Shown: piece after piece, positions 15,071-25,800 of the stretch
How the letters are laid out: the number at the start of each line of letters is the position of its first letter
Position numbering within the stretch: position 1 is the stretch's first letter
Source of the DNA: a virus
Lineage: Duplodnaviria > Caudoviricetes
IMG/VR virus record: IMGVR_UViG_3300022937_000089
Location: 1 to 31,652 of that record
DNA length: 31,652 nucleotides
Strand: one strand, 5' to 3'
Program-made: the position numbers and the translations under genes
The notes under the pieces: model-generated
What the model was told of the DNA's origin: nothing
The model's input: the letters and a program-made list of their open reading frames with translations, nothing else
Databases searched by the model: none

Positions 15071-16138
15071 ATGGCAATTGGTCGTATAAGTGGGCCGCTC
15101 TTAAAGGCAAATCTCGTTAGAGATAACGTCAATTTGTCCTTTAGAAATGGAGCAAGTGACCCTGATATTTTGTATTTGGATGTGGTTAACTCTCGCATCG
15201 GAGTTAATACGAGCTCGCCAACCGCGGATCTTGACGTTAACGGAACAGTAAAAGCAACAAATCTTACAATAGACAATCAATTAGATATCGGTAATTTACA
15301 AATTACTGGTAACACTATTTCGAGTGATCAATCTACTATATCTTTTATTCCTTCGGGAAGCGATCCTGTAATTTATAATTCAAGATTACAGATTGATGAT
15401 CTTGAAATATCTAATAACAGAATTTTTACAACAAATAGTAATGCCAATCTTGAATTAAATCCAAATGGATCTGGTTCTATAGAATTACAATCAAACACAA
15501 ATATTACCGGCAATCTTTATGTAACTGGAAATATTAATGCAGATGGTGATGTAACAATTGGTGGTAATATTACAATTGGTGATGCATTAACTGATTCAGT
15601 TCAAATTAATGCTGCAATTTCATCTGATTTAATTCCAGAAACAGACAACACATACGACATCGGTGCTGTGGGTTTAAGATGGGCAAATTTATACGTAAAC
15701 AATTTAAACACAGATTCTTTAACAATTAATACTCTTGATGTTGGGGATCTAATGTTTCGTGATAACGAAATTACAACAACAACTGGGTTGGATCTTTATA
15801 TTGACGGAAATGGTTCCGGTGGTGTAAGACTTGGTAACTTTAGAATTGTTGACAATGTTATCACAAATGTTTCAGTAAATGCAATTACACAAATTGCACA
15901 GTCTGGAACAGGATATTTTAAAATTGATACAACAAACGGTTTTGTTCCTCCAAGAGGAACGAATGCAGAGAGACCAACAGCGTATGCGGTGTTGGGAATG
16001 ACAAGATATAATACTGATACAAAGGCTATCGAAGTTTGGGATGGAAGTGCTTGGGCATCTCCATCGGGTGCATCGGGTGCGGTTTCCGAAGCAAACGCAA
16101 ACGACATTGCTGCTCAGTATGCTTTAATGTTAGGATAA
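15071..16138 (+). CDS. Putative fibre protein (355 aa)
   Basis: Start re-assigned to ATG 15071 (MAIGRISGPLLK, AAGGAG SD, aligns with the paralog N-terminus); PRGTNAERP...GMTRYNT..IEVW; C-terminal AAQYALMLG. Confidence 0.8.
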   Translation: MAIGRISGPLLKANLVRDNVNLSFRNGASDPDILYLDVVNSRIGVNTSSPTADLDVNGTVKATNLTIDNQLDIGNLQITGNTISSDQSTISFIPSGSDPVIYNSRLQIDDLEISNNRIFTTNSNANLELNPNGSGSIELQSNTNITGNLYVTGNINADGDVTIGGNITIGDALTDSVQINAAISSDLIPETDNTYDIGAVGLRWANLYVNNLNTDSLTINTLDVGDLMFRDNEITTTTGLDLYIDGNGSGGVRLGNFRIVDNVITNVSVNAITQIAQSGTGYFKIDTTNGFVPPRGTNAERPTAYAVLGMTRYNTDTKAIEVWDGSAWASPSGASGAVSEANANDIAAQYALMLG

Positions 16139-16142
16139 GAAA

Positions 16143-16475
16143 ATGGCAACGGTATTTAAACATGCAGTAAACACAGACGTTGGAACTACTCCAGTTGATA
16201 TACTTCAAATTCCGGCAGGAGTTAGAGCAACGGTTATTGGAGTTAACCTTGCGAACACAACAGATTATGATACTGTCGTTGCTAATCTTTATGTGATTGA
16301 CGAAAACTCTACACAGGCACATTATGTTAGAGGATTAACAATTCCGCCAAACAGTACAGTGAAAGTTATTACACAGGGTGAAAGATTGATACTACCTGAA
16401 ACGGCAGGATTGAGATTAGTAAGTGATACTGAAAACAGTATTGACTCAACAATAAGTTATGTGGAGATATCGTAA
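16143..16475 (+). CDS. Small beta-rich virion protein, paralog family A (110 aa)
   Basis: P.G..ATVIGVNLAN...LTIPPNST...LIL pattern. Confidence 0.75.
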   Translation: MATVFKHAVNTDVGTTPVDILQIPAGVRATVIGVNLANTTDYDTVVANLYVIDENSTQAHYVRGLTIPPNSTVKVITQGERLILPETAGLRLVSDTENSIDSTISYVEIS

Positions 16476-16485
16476 GGAGTGAATT

Positions 16486-16851
16486 ATGCCAAGTAATTAT
16501 TATATAGGAACCAGTCCAGACGAAGCATTGGGTGATAGCCCAAGATATTTTTATGCTGTTCGTAGGAACGATGATGGTGAATTATTTTTAGTTAGACAGG
16601 ATCAATTAAGAGACAAGGATTCAATTGAAATAAACACTCCAGGAGGACCTGCAGAAAACTTTGAAGATTTTGAACCAGGTGTTGATTATTTTGAAGGAAT
16701 TCAAGCAGATCACGAAAAAGCATTTGACAATCTTTACTGGACACAGTACAGATGGGATGATAGAAACATGTTATATTATGTGGATGACGAAGGACAGTTG
16801 GTACAAAGAATAAATCAGTCTTATACGCATCCATCGGGGATTTCAAGTTAG
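16486..16851 (+). CDS. Hypothetical, probably virion-associated protein (121 aa)
   Basis: AAGGAG SD; internal duplication RRNDDGELFL / YVDDEGQLVQ. Confidence 0.75.
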   Translation: MPSNYYIGTSPDEALGDSPRYFYAVRRNDDGELFLVRQDQLRDKDSIEINTPGGPAENFEDFEPGVDYFEGIQADHEKAFDNLYWTQYRWDDRNMLYYVDDEGQLVQRINQSYTHPSGISS

Positions 16852-16860
16852 GATTAGATT

Positions 16861-19800
16861 ATGGCAGAATTTAAGATAAGCAGAATTAGGTATACCTGGA
16901 GAAATAACTGGCAGGCGGCGACAGTATACAACAAAGACGACATTGTTAAGTTTGGTGGTTCGTCATACGTCTGTATTAGAAAACACACTTCCGATCCTGA
17001 CTTCTATGCTGATCAATCATACTATGCTAATCCAAGCGATAGTGCTCCGTCTCCTGCATGGTCAAAAATGACCGATGGTGTTTTCTACAGAGGCGATTGG
17101 CAAAGTTCAACAGTTTATGGTGTGGGAGATATTGTAAGACAGGGTGGTAATTTATACTACTGTGCCACTGGTCACACTTCACAATCTACATGGGATGTTG
17201 ATTTATCAAAATGGACAACTTATGTAATTTCGAGCCATTTTAAGGGAGTATGGACTGCGGGCGTAAGATACGGAGTAGGAGATCTTGTAAGATGGGGTGG
17301 AGCAGTTTATCGTGCAAATACAGGACACACTGCATCAAGTACGGGAACAGAATTAGCCGACCAACAATCTAATTGGGATATCTATACACAAAATATTGAT
17401 CCTGTGGGTGCATGGCAAGAAACCACTGCATACGCACTCTATGATCTTGTGCTTTATCAAGGAACGGTATTTAGATGCACAACAGCACACACGTCGACAT
17501 CAACATTTGATGCTACAAATTTTGATTTAGAATTTCTTGGAAGCGGATATGAAGGCGAATGGAGCTCATCTGCGTATTATGGACAGGGAAGTGTCGTAAA
17601 ATATGGCGGTGTTTTATATAGAGCAAATGTTTCTCATGATGCTTCAGATTCAGCACATGAACCTATTCAATCTATCTATCAAACTCAAGGAACTCCTGCC
17701 TGGGCAGAATTATCGAAAGGATATAACTTTGTAGGAAGTTGGTCATCAACAGTAAGTTATAAGACTGGTGATGTTGTAAGACGTGGTGGTAATTTATATG
17801 TTGCACTTCTTGATACGGTAAGTGACGGAAGTACACTTGACTATCTTGATACATCAAACTGGGAACTGTTAACTGAAGGACAACACTGGAGAGGAGTTTG
17901 GATAGAAGACCAAGTTTACTCTATCAACGATGTCGTATCCTATAAAGGATCAGTTTATAAAAACAATCTTGAACATACTTCAAGCACAGAAAACTTTCCA
18001 GGTGATAACGGAAGTGGTTTCTTTTATTGGGACACACTGATTCAAGGTAACGAACTAATTGGAATGACCAAGGAAGGTCAGTTACTAACCTATGGATTGA
18101 GCCGAACCCTTGTTGGCGACCAAAGTACACTTGGTGCTACTGGAGTCGACATTGGAAGAATAGGCGAAGTAATAAAAATTAATGGTTCTGACAATGTAGT
18201 TTATCAGGTATATGGTGGAACTCCAAGACAATTTTATGTATCACCAAATGGAAGTGATGCCTATGATTACCCAGTGCCAACGTACACAACTTATGCGGTA
18301 ACAACTACTTCAGTATTACTTCAGGCTGCTACGGGTTTAAATCCAGCAGTTTATAGTGATGATGACGGTCAAGTCTATGTTGATAATGTAGCGAAAAAAT
18401 CTTTAACATTCGAAATTGGAAACATTTATACGTTTACATCATCGGATGAATCAATGAGACAATATCCATTATTATTCTCTTCGGACAATCCAAACGGAAC
18501 TTCACAGGGCGGATCTATTTATGATGGTGATGTTGTTTATTACCTTGACGGTACAGAAGTATCAAGAGGAGATTACATAAGTGGTTATCTAACAGCAGCC
18601 GAAAGATCCATAGAAATCACGGTTACATCAAATACTCCGTCAACCCTATACTATTTTGTTGACGGCGAAATGAACTATGGCGGAACAATATCAGTTATAG
18701 TTAATCAGTCCAACACGGGCGGAACCATATTAAAGCCTTTTAGAACAGTAAGATATGCACTTGAAAGAGCAGCAGACAATTATTCAGGACACACAACCAT
18801 CCATGTTGCCACAGGATTGTATGAGGAAGTCCTTCCATTATACGTTCCACCAAGAACCGTTGTTCTTGGAGACGAATTAAGAAGTACAACAATTAAAGCC
18901 AAGGAAGCAATTACTGCACTTGCTGGAGATGCTGACTATACAATCTTAACACTAAACAGAATTAAGAGTTTTATTTCAAATGTCATGCAGGGACTTTCAG
19001 TAACCAAGACTGCTTCAAATCCTGAAGATCCTGTAGTGATTCTTGGTGGATCCAGTGGCTTTCCACTAACTGTTTCAATAGATGATGGAATAACAAAAGC
19101 AGAAGAATTAATCGACGACATTATCAGTTACATAGATTTTCATATCAATGACACTGGTTCAGAACCAACAGCAACGGGTTCAAACACTGCTAATACTGCA
19201 CAGGGTGTAAAAAACGCTATTAGAGTATTATTAGCAAACAGAACATTCTTTGAATATGAAGCGGTTGCATACATGCAAACTAACTACCCAGGCTATGCAT
19301 TCGTTGCTGATAATTGTAGAAGAGATGTAAGAAAATATATCGATGCAATAGCATACGATATCAAGTACGGTGGAAATTGGAAATCCGTGCTTGCCGCAAG
19401 ATATTATCGAAATAGTGTTCTTGGTTCACTCACAGAAGACATGTTCTACATGAGAGATGCTACAGGATTAAGAAACTGTACATTAAGTGGATTACGAGGA
19501 ACTCTAAATCCACCAAACGTTTTTGATTTATATAGAAGACCAACTGGAGGAATTTATGTTTCTCTCGATCCAAGTTGGGGTCCAGAGGACAATACTGTTT
19601 GGATTAATACACGTTCACCATATATCCAAGGCGTAACAGTTCTTGGATATGGTTCTACCGGTCAAAAAATTGATGGTAATCTACACAATGGTGGTTACAA
19701 ATCAATGGTATCAAACGATTTTACACAGGTAATTGACGATGGTATTGGTGCACACGTTACCAACAATGGTAGAGCAGAACTTGTTTCGGTGTTCACTTAT

Positions 19801-22800
19801 TATAGCACGGTGGGATACCTGTCAGAAAGTGGTGGTAAGATACGTGCCACAAACGGTAATAACTCCTATGGTAGATATGGTTGTATCGCAGACGGAATTG
19901 ATGCAACTGAAACACCCCAAGCGACAACAGTAAACGCAAGAAATAACGAAGCAACTGTTGAGTCGGTATTCATTGGCGATCTTGCTACAGGTGTTAAAGT
20001 TTTTGAATATTCAAATTGCGGTCAGGATTATACTTCAGCAACTGCCACAGTGGTTGGTTCCGGAACGGGCATAAGCACAACGTTTGACGAACTAAGAGAC
20101 AATGGTATATTCGAAGCAAGAATAATTGACACAAGCGATTCAACTCCAGACGTTGGAGGAGGAGGCTTTGTAACCATAAATGCGAACGCACAGGCAAGCA
20201 TTGATCCAGCAGTTACATCAGTTGGTTTGGTACTAAGCGCAACTGACGCGAATGTTGAAAATGATTATCTTGGTATGAGAATCTTTATTAATTCTGGTAC
20301 TGGTGCAGGTCAATATGGTGAAATAACATCATATGACGAATCAAGCAAAAAGATTACGGTTAAGAGAGAATCAGATGGTCAACCAGGTTGGGATCATATC
20401 ATTCCAGGTACTCCAAGTGTGACTATCATGGATACTTCTTTGAACTACACCATCCAACCAAAACCAGTGTTTAGCGCACCTCCTACAACAGTAACTGAAG
20501 TGGAAGTGTCAACTTCAGGAACATACAATGATGTTGTTTATGGTGAAAACACGGAAACATTTGTGAATGTTGAAGGTACGGCAGGAACAGGAAGTGTTGT
20601 CGAAGATGATGGTTTAACCGCACTAAATGCAAAATTCTTAGTAACAAAATCCGGAAGAAATTATACAGCGGTAACGTTGTCATCCGGAGGAGCAGGTTAT
20701 GCAGTGGATGATGTTGTTACTCTTTCAGGAGAAGATCTTGGAGGATCAACACCAGATAACGACATAACAATTACTGTTACGACAACAACTGACGATTCAA
20801 CCAACTCAATATTAACGTATACTTGGGAAGGTAAACCAGCAGGTGGTAGATATGTTGCGGTCAAGACTGGATCGGCAGGTGGATTAACATCACGAAACGG
20901 TACGACATGGTCTGCTGTTACATTACCTGCATCAGGAACATGGACACTTGCAGCAGGAAACAATAGATTTGTTGCAGCAAGAAGAGGAACAACAGCAGCC
21001 GCTTATTCACTCGACGGTGTGACATGGAGTTCTGCAACATTACCTGGTGCTGACAACTGGGACAGCATTCAATACGGTGGCGGAGTATGGTTAGCGGTAG
21101 CAAGTAACACCAATGATGCTGCTTACAGTACCAACAATGGCCAAACTTGGTCAGCAGTTACTCTTCCAACAGTTGGAGACTCAACACTAAATGAATGGGT
21201 TGATGTTGCATATGGTAAGAATAAATTTGTTATTGTTGCTAATTCAAACAACATTGCTGCCGTTGGTTCTTATAACTCAGGAACGGATACTTGGACCTGG
21301 AACGGTAACGTCATGGACGTTATTGCAGACAGTTCACAGAAAGATTGGACTTCAGTTGCATTTGGTAACAATAGATTTGTTGCAGTTTCTTCGACTGGTG
21401 ATGTTTCATACAGTTTTGATGGAATTGTTTGGTATGGTGCAACTCTTCCGACACAGGATGGTTCAACTGCACACTACTGGAAAAAAATTAGATATGGACA
21501 GGGTGTATTCATTGCTGTGGGTACAACGGGTGGAAGACCAATTGCAGGAGACAATGTTGGAGAAGTAACAACATTTGCTGCTAAATCCTACGGTGGAAAT
21601 ATTTGGGAAGAATTAACATTGGCTACCAGCGCAGCATGGTCTGCGGTAACATTTGGTTCACCACACGATTCGGCGGAAGATTCAACTCCAGGTGGAAGAA
21701 CAGGAAGATGGGTTGCAGTTGCTTCAGGAAATAAATTTAACACAATTCAAACAGGTGCAAGAGCACTTGGTAGAATTACATTTGCATCGGGTAGAGTTGC
21801 CCAAGTAAGATTATGGGAACCAGGTAGTGGATACGAAAAACTTGGAAACACCTTAACATTGGTAGATCCAAATAATACTGGAGATCCTGATTTTGAATTG
21901 AGAGTTGGCGACGGAGTATTACCTCAACCTACATTTAATAATAGAGGATCTAACTATAATACATCAACTACCGTAAGCATTACTGGTGATGGATTTGCTG
22001 ATATATACGCCGTTGGTAAATTTGTTACTGTTGAAGGATTAACAACTTATCCAGGTCCGGGTGCGAGAATTATTATCAACGGAAACGAAGCAGACAGTAG
22101 AACATTAGTGGCAATTACCGAACTTGGAGCAATTACTGACAACGGGTTGAGTGCAACATTTAGAATTTCTCCAACTATTGATATTAGAGAAAATGTTGGA
22201 CACGGAACGGCTATTACCATTAGAGAAAGGTATTCTCAGGTTAGATTAACGAACCATGATTTCCTTGACGTGGGAACTGGTAATTTTTCTGAAACAAATT
22301 ATCCAGATTTATACTCTCAGGCAAATTATACATACATTGAGGCAAACGAAGTATACGAAGAGTCGGGCGGTAAGGTATTCTACACATCCACTGACCAATC
22401 AGGTAACTTTAGAACTGGTGAACTGTTCGCTGTTGAACAGGCAACAGGTATTGTTACAATTAGTGCTGACTTCTTTGACTTATCTGGTCTAACAGAATTA
22501 AGATTAGGTGGTATTAGAGTTGGCGGAACAAGTGTTGTTATTAGAGAGTTTTCAACAGATCCACTATTTTCTGAGGATTCAAACAACATTGTACCAACGC
22601 AGAGAGCAGTCGCTGCATACTTGGCTAACAGATTAAGCGTTGGCGGTGAAGATCTTGCAACCAACAGTTTTACTGCTGGTAATGTTAAGGTTGGACCAAG
22701 CGAAATAACAAACGTACTAAATCTTGGTATTAATTTCCCAAGAACAATGAAATTTGAAGGAGACAAAGCGTCAGTTCAAGGATCGATCTTAGCACAAAAC

Positions 22801-22833
22801 ATGTTTATAAGATCCTTCGATCGCGGCTTTTAA
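16861..22833 (+). CDS. Giant multidomain fibre/appendage protein 1 (1990 aa)
   Basis: Seven N-terminal CBM5/12-like repeats (W....Y..GD.V..GG..Y....H), YVSP.G.D...PF.T..YA beta-helix cap, a CxRD helical unit, Asp-box-like S.DG.TW propeller repeats; C-terminus shared with 22870..30099. Confidence 0.85.
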   Translation: MAEFKISRIRYTWRNNWQAATVYNKDDIVKFGGSSYVCIRKHTSDPDFYADQSYYANPSDSAPSPAWSKMTDGVFYRGDWQSSTVYGVGDIVRQGGNLYYCATGHTSQSTWDVDLSKWTTYVISSHFKGVWTAGVRYGVGDLVRWGGAVYRANTGHTASSTGTELADQQSNWDIYTQNIDPVGAWQETTAYALYDLVLYQGTVFRCTTAHTSTSTFDATNFDLEFLGSGYEGEWSSSAYYGQGSVVKYGGVLYRANVSHDASDSAHEPIQSIYQTQGTPAWAELSKGYNFVGSWSSTVSYKTGDVVRRGGNLYVALLDTVSDGSTLDYLDTSNWELLTEGQHWRGVWIEDQVYSINDVVSYKGSVYKNNLEHTSSTENFPGDNGSGFFYWDTLIQGNELIGMTKEGQLLTYGLSRTLVGDQSTLGATGVDIGRIGEVIKINGSDNVVYQVYGGTPRQFYVSPNGSDAYDYPVPTYTTYAVTTTSVLLQAATGLNPAVYSDDDGQVYVDNVAKKSLTFEIGNIYTFTSSDESMRQYPLLFSSDNPNGTSQGGSIYDGDVVYYLDGTEVSRGDYISGYLTAAERSIEITVTSNTPSTLYYFVDGEMNYGGTISVIVNQSNTGGTILKPFRTVRYALERAADNYSGHTTIHVATGLYEEVLPLYVPPRTVVLGDELRSTTIKAKEAITALAGDADYTILTLNRIKSFISNVMQGLSVTKTASNPEDPVVILGGSSGFPLTVSIDDGITKAEELIDDIISYIDFHINDTGSEPTATGSNTANTAQGVKNAIRVLLANRTFFEYEAVAYMQTNYPGYAFVADNCRRDVRKYIDAIAYDIKYGGNWKSVLAARYYRNSVLGSLTEDMFYMRDATGLRNCTLSGLRGTLNPPNVFDLYRRPTGGIYVSLDPSWGPEDNTVWINTRSPYIQGVTVLGYGSTGQKIDGNLHNGGYKSMVSNDFTQVIDDGIGAHVTNNGRAELVSVFTYYSTVGYLSESGGKIRATNGNNSYGRYGCIADGIDATETPQATTVNARNNEATVESVFIGDLATGVKVFEYSNCGQDYTSATATVVGSGTGISTTFDELRDNGIFEARIIDTSDSTPDVGGGGFVTINANAQASIDPAVTSVGLVLSATDANVENDYLGMRIFINSGTGAGQYGEITSYDESSKKITVKRESDGQPGWDHIIPGTPSVTIMDTSLNYTIQPKPVFSAPPTTVTEVEVSTSGTYNDVVYGENTETFVNVEGTAGTGSVVEDDGLTALNAKFLVTKSGRNYTAVTLSSGGAGYAVDDVVTLSGEDLGGSTPDNDITITVTTTTDDSTNSILTYTWEGKPAGGRYVAVKTGSAGGLTSRNGTTWSAVTLPASGTWTLAAGNNRFVAARRGTTAAAYSLDGVTWSSATLPGADNWDSIQYGGGVWLAVASNTNDAAYSTNNGQTWSAVTLPTVGDSTLNEWVDVAYGKNKFVIVANSNNIAAVGSYNSGTDTWTWNGNVMDVIADSSQKDWTSVAFGNNRFVAVSSTGDVSYSFDGIVWYGATLPTQDGSTAHYWKKIRYGQGVFIAVGTTGGRPIAGDNVGEVTTFAAKSYGGNIWEELTLATSAAWSAVTFGSPHDSAEDSTPGGRTGRWVAVASGNKFNTIQTGARALGRITFASGRVAQVRLWEPGSGYEKLGNTLTLVDPNNTGDPDFELRVGDGVLPQPTFNNRGSNYNTSTTVSITGDGFADIYAVGKFVTVEGLTTYPGPGARIIINGNEADSRTLVAITELGAITDNGLSATFRISPTIDIRENVGHGTAITIRERYSQVRLTNHDFLDVGTGNFSETNYPDLYSQANYTYIEANEVYEESGGKVFYTSTDQSGNFRTGELFAVEQATGIVTISADFFDLSGLTELRLGGIRVGGTSVVIREFSTDPLFSEDSNNIVPTQRAVAAYLANRLSVGGEDLATNSFTAGNVKVGPSEITNVLNLGINFPRTMKFEGDKASVQGSILAQNMFIRSFDRGF

Positions 22834-22843
22834 TTAACGTAAT

Positions 22844-22851
22844 GATAAATA
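22844..22851 (+). promoter_or_regulatory. T4-late-type promoter (GATAAATA)
   Basis: In the 36-nt gap between the two giant genes, upstream of a GGAG SD. Confidence 0.7.
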
Positions 22852-22869
22852 GTAACATCGGAGCAAAAA

Positions 22870-25800
22870 ATGGCAGAATTTAAACTTGGTAGAATTAGAT
22901 TTGTATGGAAGGGTGACTGGACAACAGCCACTACTTACTACAAAGATGACGTCATAAGATATGGCGGACGAACATATATCTGTGCTGTAGGACACACAGC
23001 AGCAGCATCTTTTGATACGGACTTAACTTACTCTCCTACAAAGTGGAACCAGATGTCCGATGGTCTGGATTGGAAGGGAGATTGGACTACTGCAACCGTT
23101 TACAAAGTAAGAGATATTGTCAAATACGGTGGAAATTTATATGTTGCTGCCGCTGGTCATACAGCAGCATCAGCATTTGAAACTGACTTAACAGCATCAA
23201 GATGGGATTTATTTGCAGAAGGGTTTGATTGGAAAGGAAACTGGACAACAGCCACTTCATACAAAATTGGTGACATCGTAAGATACGGTGGTAACACATA
23301 TCGTGCAAAAGCAACACATACTTCTGGAACATTTTCTTCAGACCTATCTGCCAACTGGGAAGTGTTTAACACAGGTATTGAATACAAAGGTACTTGGGCA
23401 ACTGCTACTGCTTACAAGGTAAATGATGTTGTTTTATCAGGCGGCGGTCTTTGGATCACTGCACAGGATCATACATCCGATGCCACAAGTTTTGAAAATG
23501 ATCAATCAACATACTGGACACAGTTTGTAAAAGGTTTTGAATACGAAGGTGACTGGAGCGGAGCAACTTCATATCAACCAGGAGACATTGTTAAGTATGG
23601 TGGTAATCAGTACATTGCCAAAACAACACATACGAATTCAACTCCAACACCAGGATCTGATTGGGATCTATTCACAGAAGGATTTAATTTTGTTTCTGAC
23701 TGGAGCGGAGTAACAGCATACAAGGTAGGTGACGTAGTTAGATTAAATGGTTACACTTATCTTGCTACAGCAACAAGCACAAACCAAGAACCACCTAATG
23801 CTTCATACTGGGAAAGACTAAATGCTGGTATATCATGGCAGGGAGAGTGGCAAAACTCAACAGATTACAAACTTGGTGACGCAGTTGTCTATAACGGAAA
23901 CTCTTATATCGTTGTTCAGGCACACACATCAGCAGACGATGACTCAACAACACTTGGTGATGTTGGAAGATCTCCAGCAACTGATACAACAGGAACATAT
24001 TATAACGTATTAGCACTTGGTTCAGAGGTTGCAGTATTAACAACAACTGGTGACCTTGTTTACTACGGCGGTAATGGTCCAACAAGATTACCTGTAGGAA
24101 CTGAAGGACAAATTTTAACAGCAGGTGCTACTTACCCAGAGTGGGCAACACTTGGTGATGTTGATCATGTTTATTATGTTTCACCAACTGGTGAAGATAG
24201 ACCTTATCCGTTATCAGGATATTCGATAGACAAACCATGGAAAACAATTCGTTATGCTGCGGAACAAGTTGAAAAAGGACCAAGAAATCCTGGCGCACAG
24301 AGATTGCTTGAACTTAACAGAGTATTCCTTCAAAGAGAAGTTACGGCATACATTGATTATCAGGTAAACTATTTTACAAACACTGCTCCTGACGTTTCAA
24401 GCATTTGGTATAACTTTGATTATGATGAATACAAGTGTGAAAGAGACGTTGGATTCATAGTTGACGCATTAATCTATGACTTGGGTCATGGTGGAAATGT
24501 TAAATCAAGAGGAGCAGCAAATTCATACGTTCAAGCATTGTATGAATCAGAGCGTGAGCCATACTTAAATTTAAGTGCTGAAAAAGAACAAGACATTGAA
24601 AGTTTCACTCACATGCTAACTGTTGTGCAGGCAGTCCTAAATCAAGAGGCTCCTGGTACAGTTTATCAAAATGTTAGCGATGACAGTACTGCAATTGCTG
24701 CACAGGTTTTTGATTCAGATGTTACTGCTGAATCAGGAACATATACAACCGTTGCGAGTCTTGTAGAAATTATTACAAATGCACTTGAGGATGAAGATGC
24801 TTCAAGAGTTCCAGCAAGATATTCTCCAAGCAATCTTATTAAAATAGCAACAGGTACCTACAGAGAAGTTCTTCCAATCATTGTTCCAGAACAGACTTGT
24901 ATACTTGGAGATGAATTAAGAAGTACTAATATTCGTCCAGCAGCAGTATCGGATAGAAATCTTGACATTACTGATGCAAAATACAGCATTGGTTCTTTGG
25001 GAAGAATGGAAACTATTTTACCTTTGATTGCACAGGGTTCAACAGTTACACCTACTTCAGGAAACTCAGAAACACAAAGCAAGGTTTGGCCTTATTCGGA
25101 TAACGATACTGGTGAAAGCATTGCAAGATTAGCAAGATCCACAGCACACAACATTGACTGGAGACTTGGCAGCACAGCATTGAGATCAATTCCTGATGCA
25201 ACAGGTTATAACAGTTCATTCCTAAGTGGTTATGGAGATGCGAGAAAGAACATTCTATACAATAAAAAATTCTTTGCTGAACAGGTTAAGAAATTTATTG
25301 ACACAAACTATTCATCTGTAAAATACAGCAGAACAAAATGTTTACAGGATGTTGGATACATTGTTGATGCAATGGTATACGACTTAACCTATGGTGGTTA
25401 TTCAGAATCATTAAATGCTGGTCTTGCTTATTTTGATGGACCTGGCGGAGCACTTGCTTTTGATTCTACTGAAAAAACAGCAACGCTTGCTTCATACAAT
25501 TACCTAAAAGGTATGATGTCAACAGCGGCATTGGCTAATACAGTAACATCCAATCAAAGTGTAATTGCACAATTTAAGGATACTGCTGGTAGTGCAGGTT
25601 CTGCAACATTCATTGAAGACAACATGGATATTATCTATAACATCATCAATGGTGGAACTACATCTGCTCCAACCGTAAGAATCACAACCATCGCAACTAA
25701 TACTTGTACAACTTCTGCAAACCATGGTCTTGGTGTTGGTGATGCAATTACAATTATTGACGCAGGAAATGGATTAACGGAAGGTGTTAAATATTGGATT

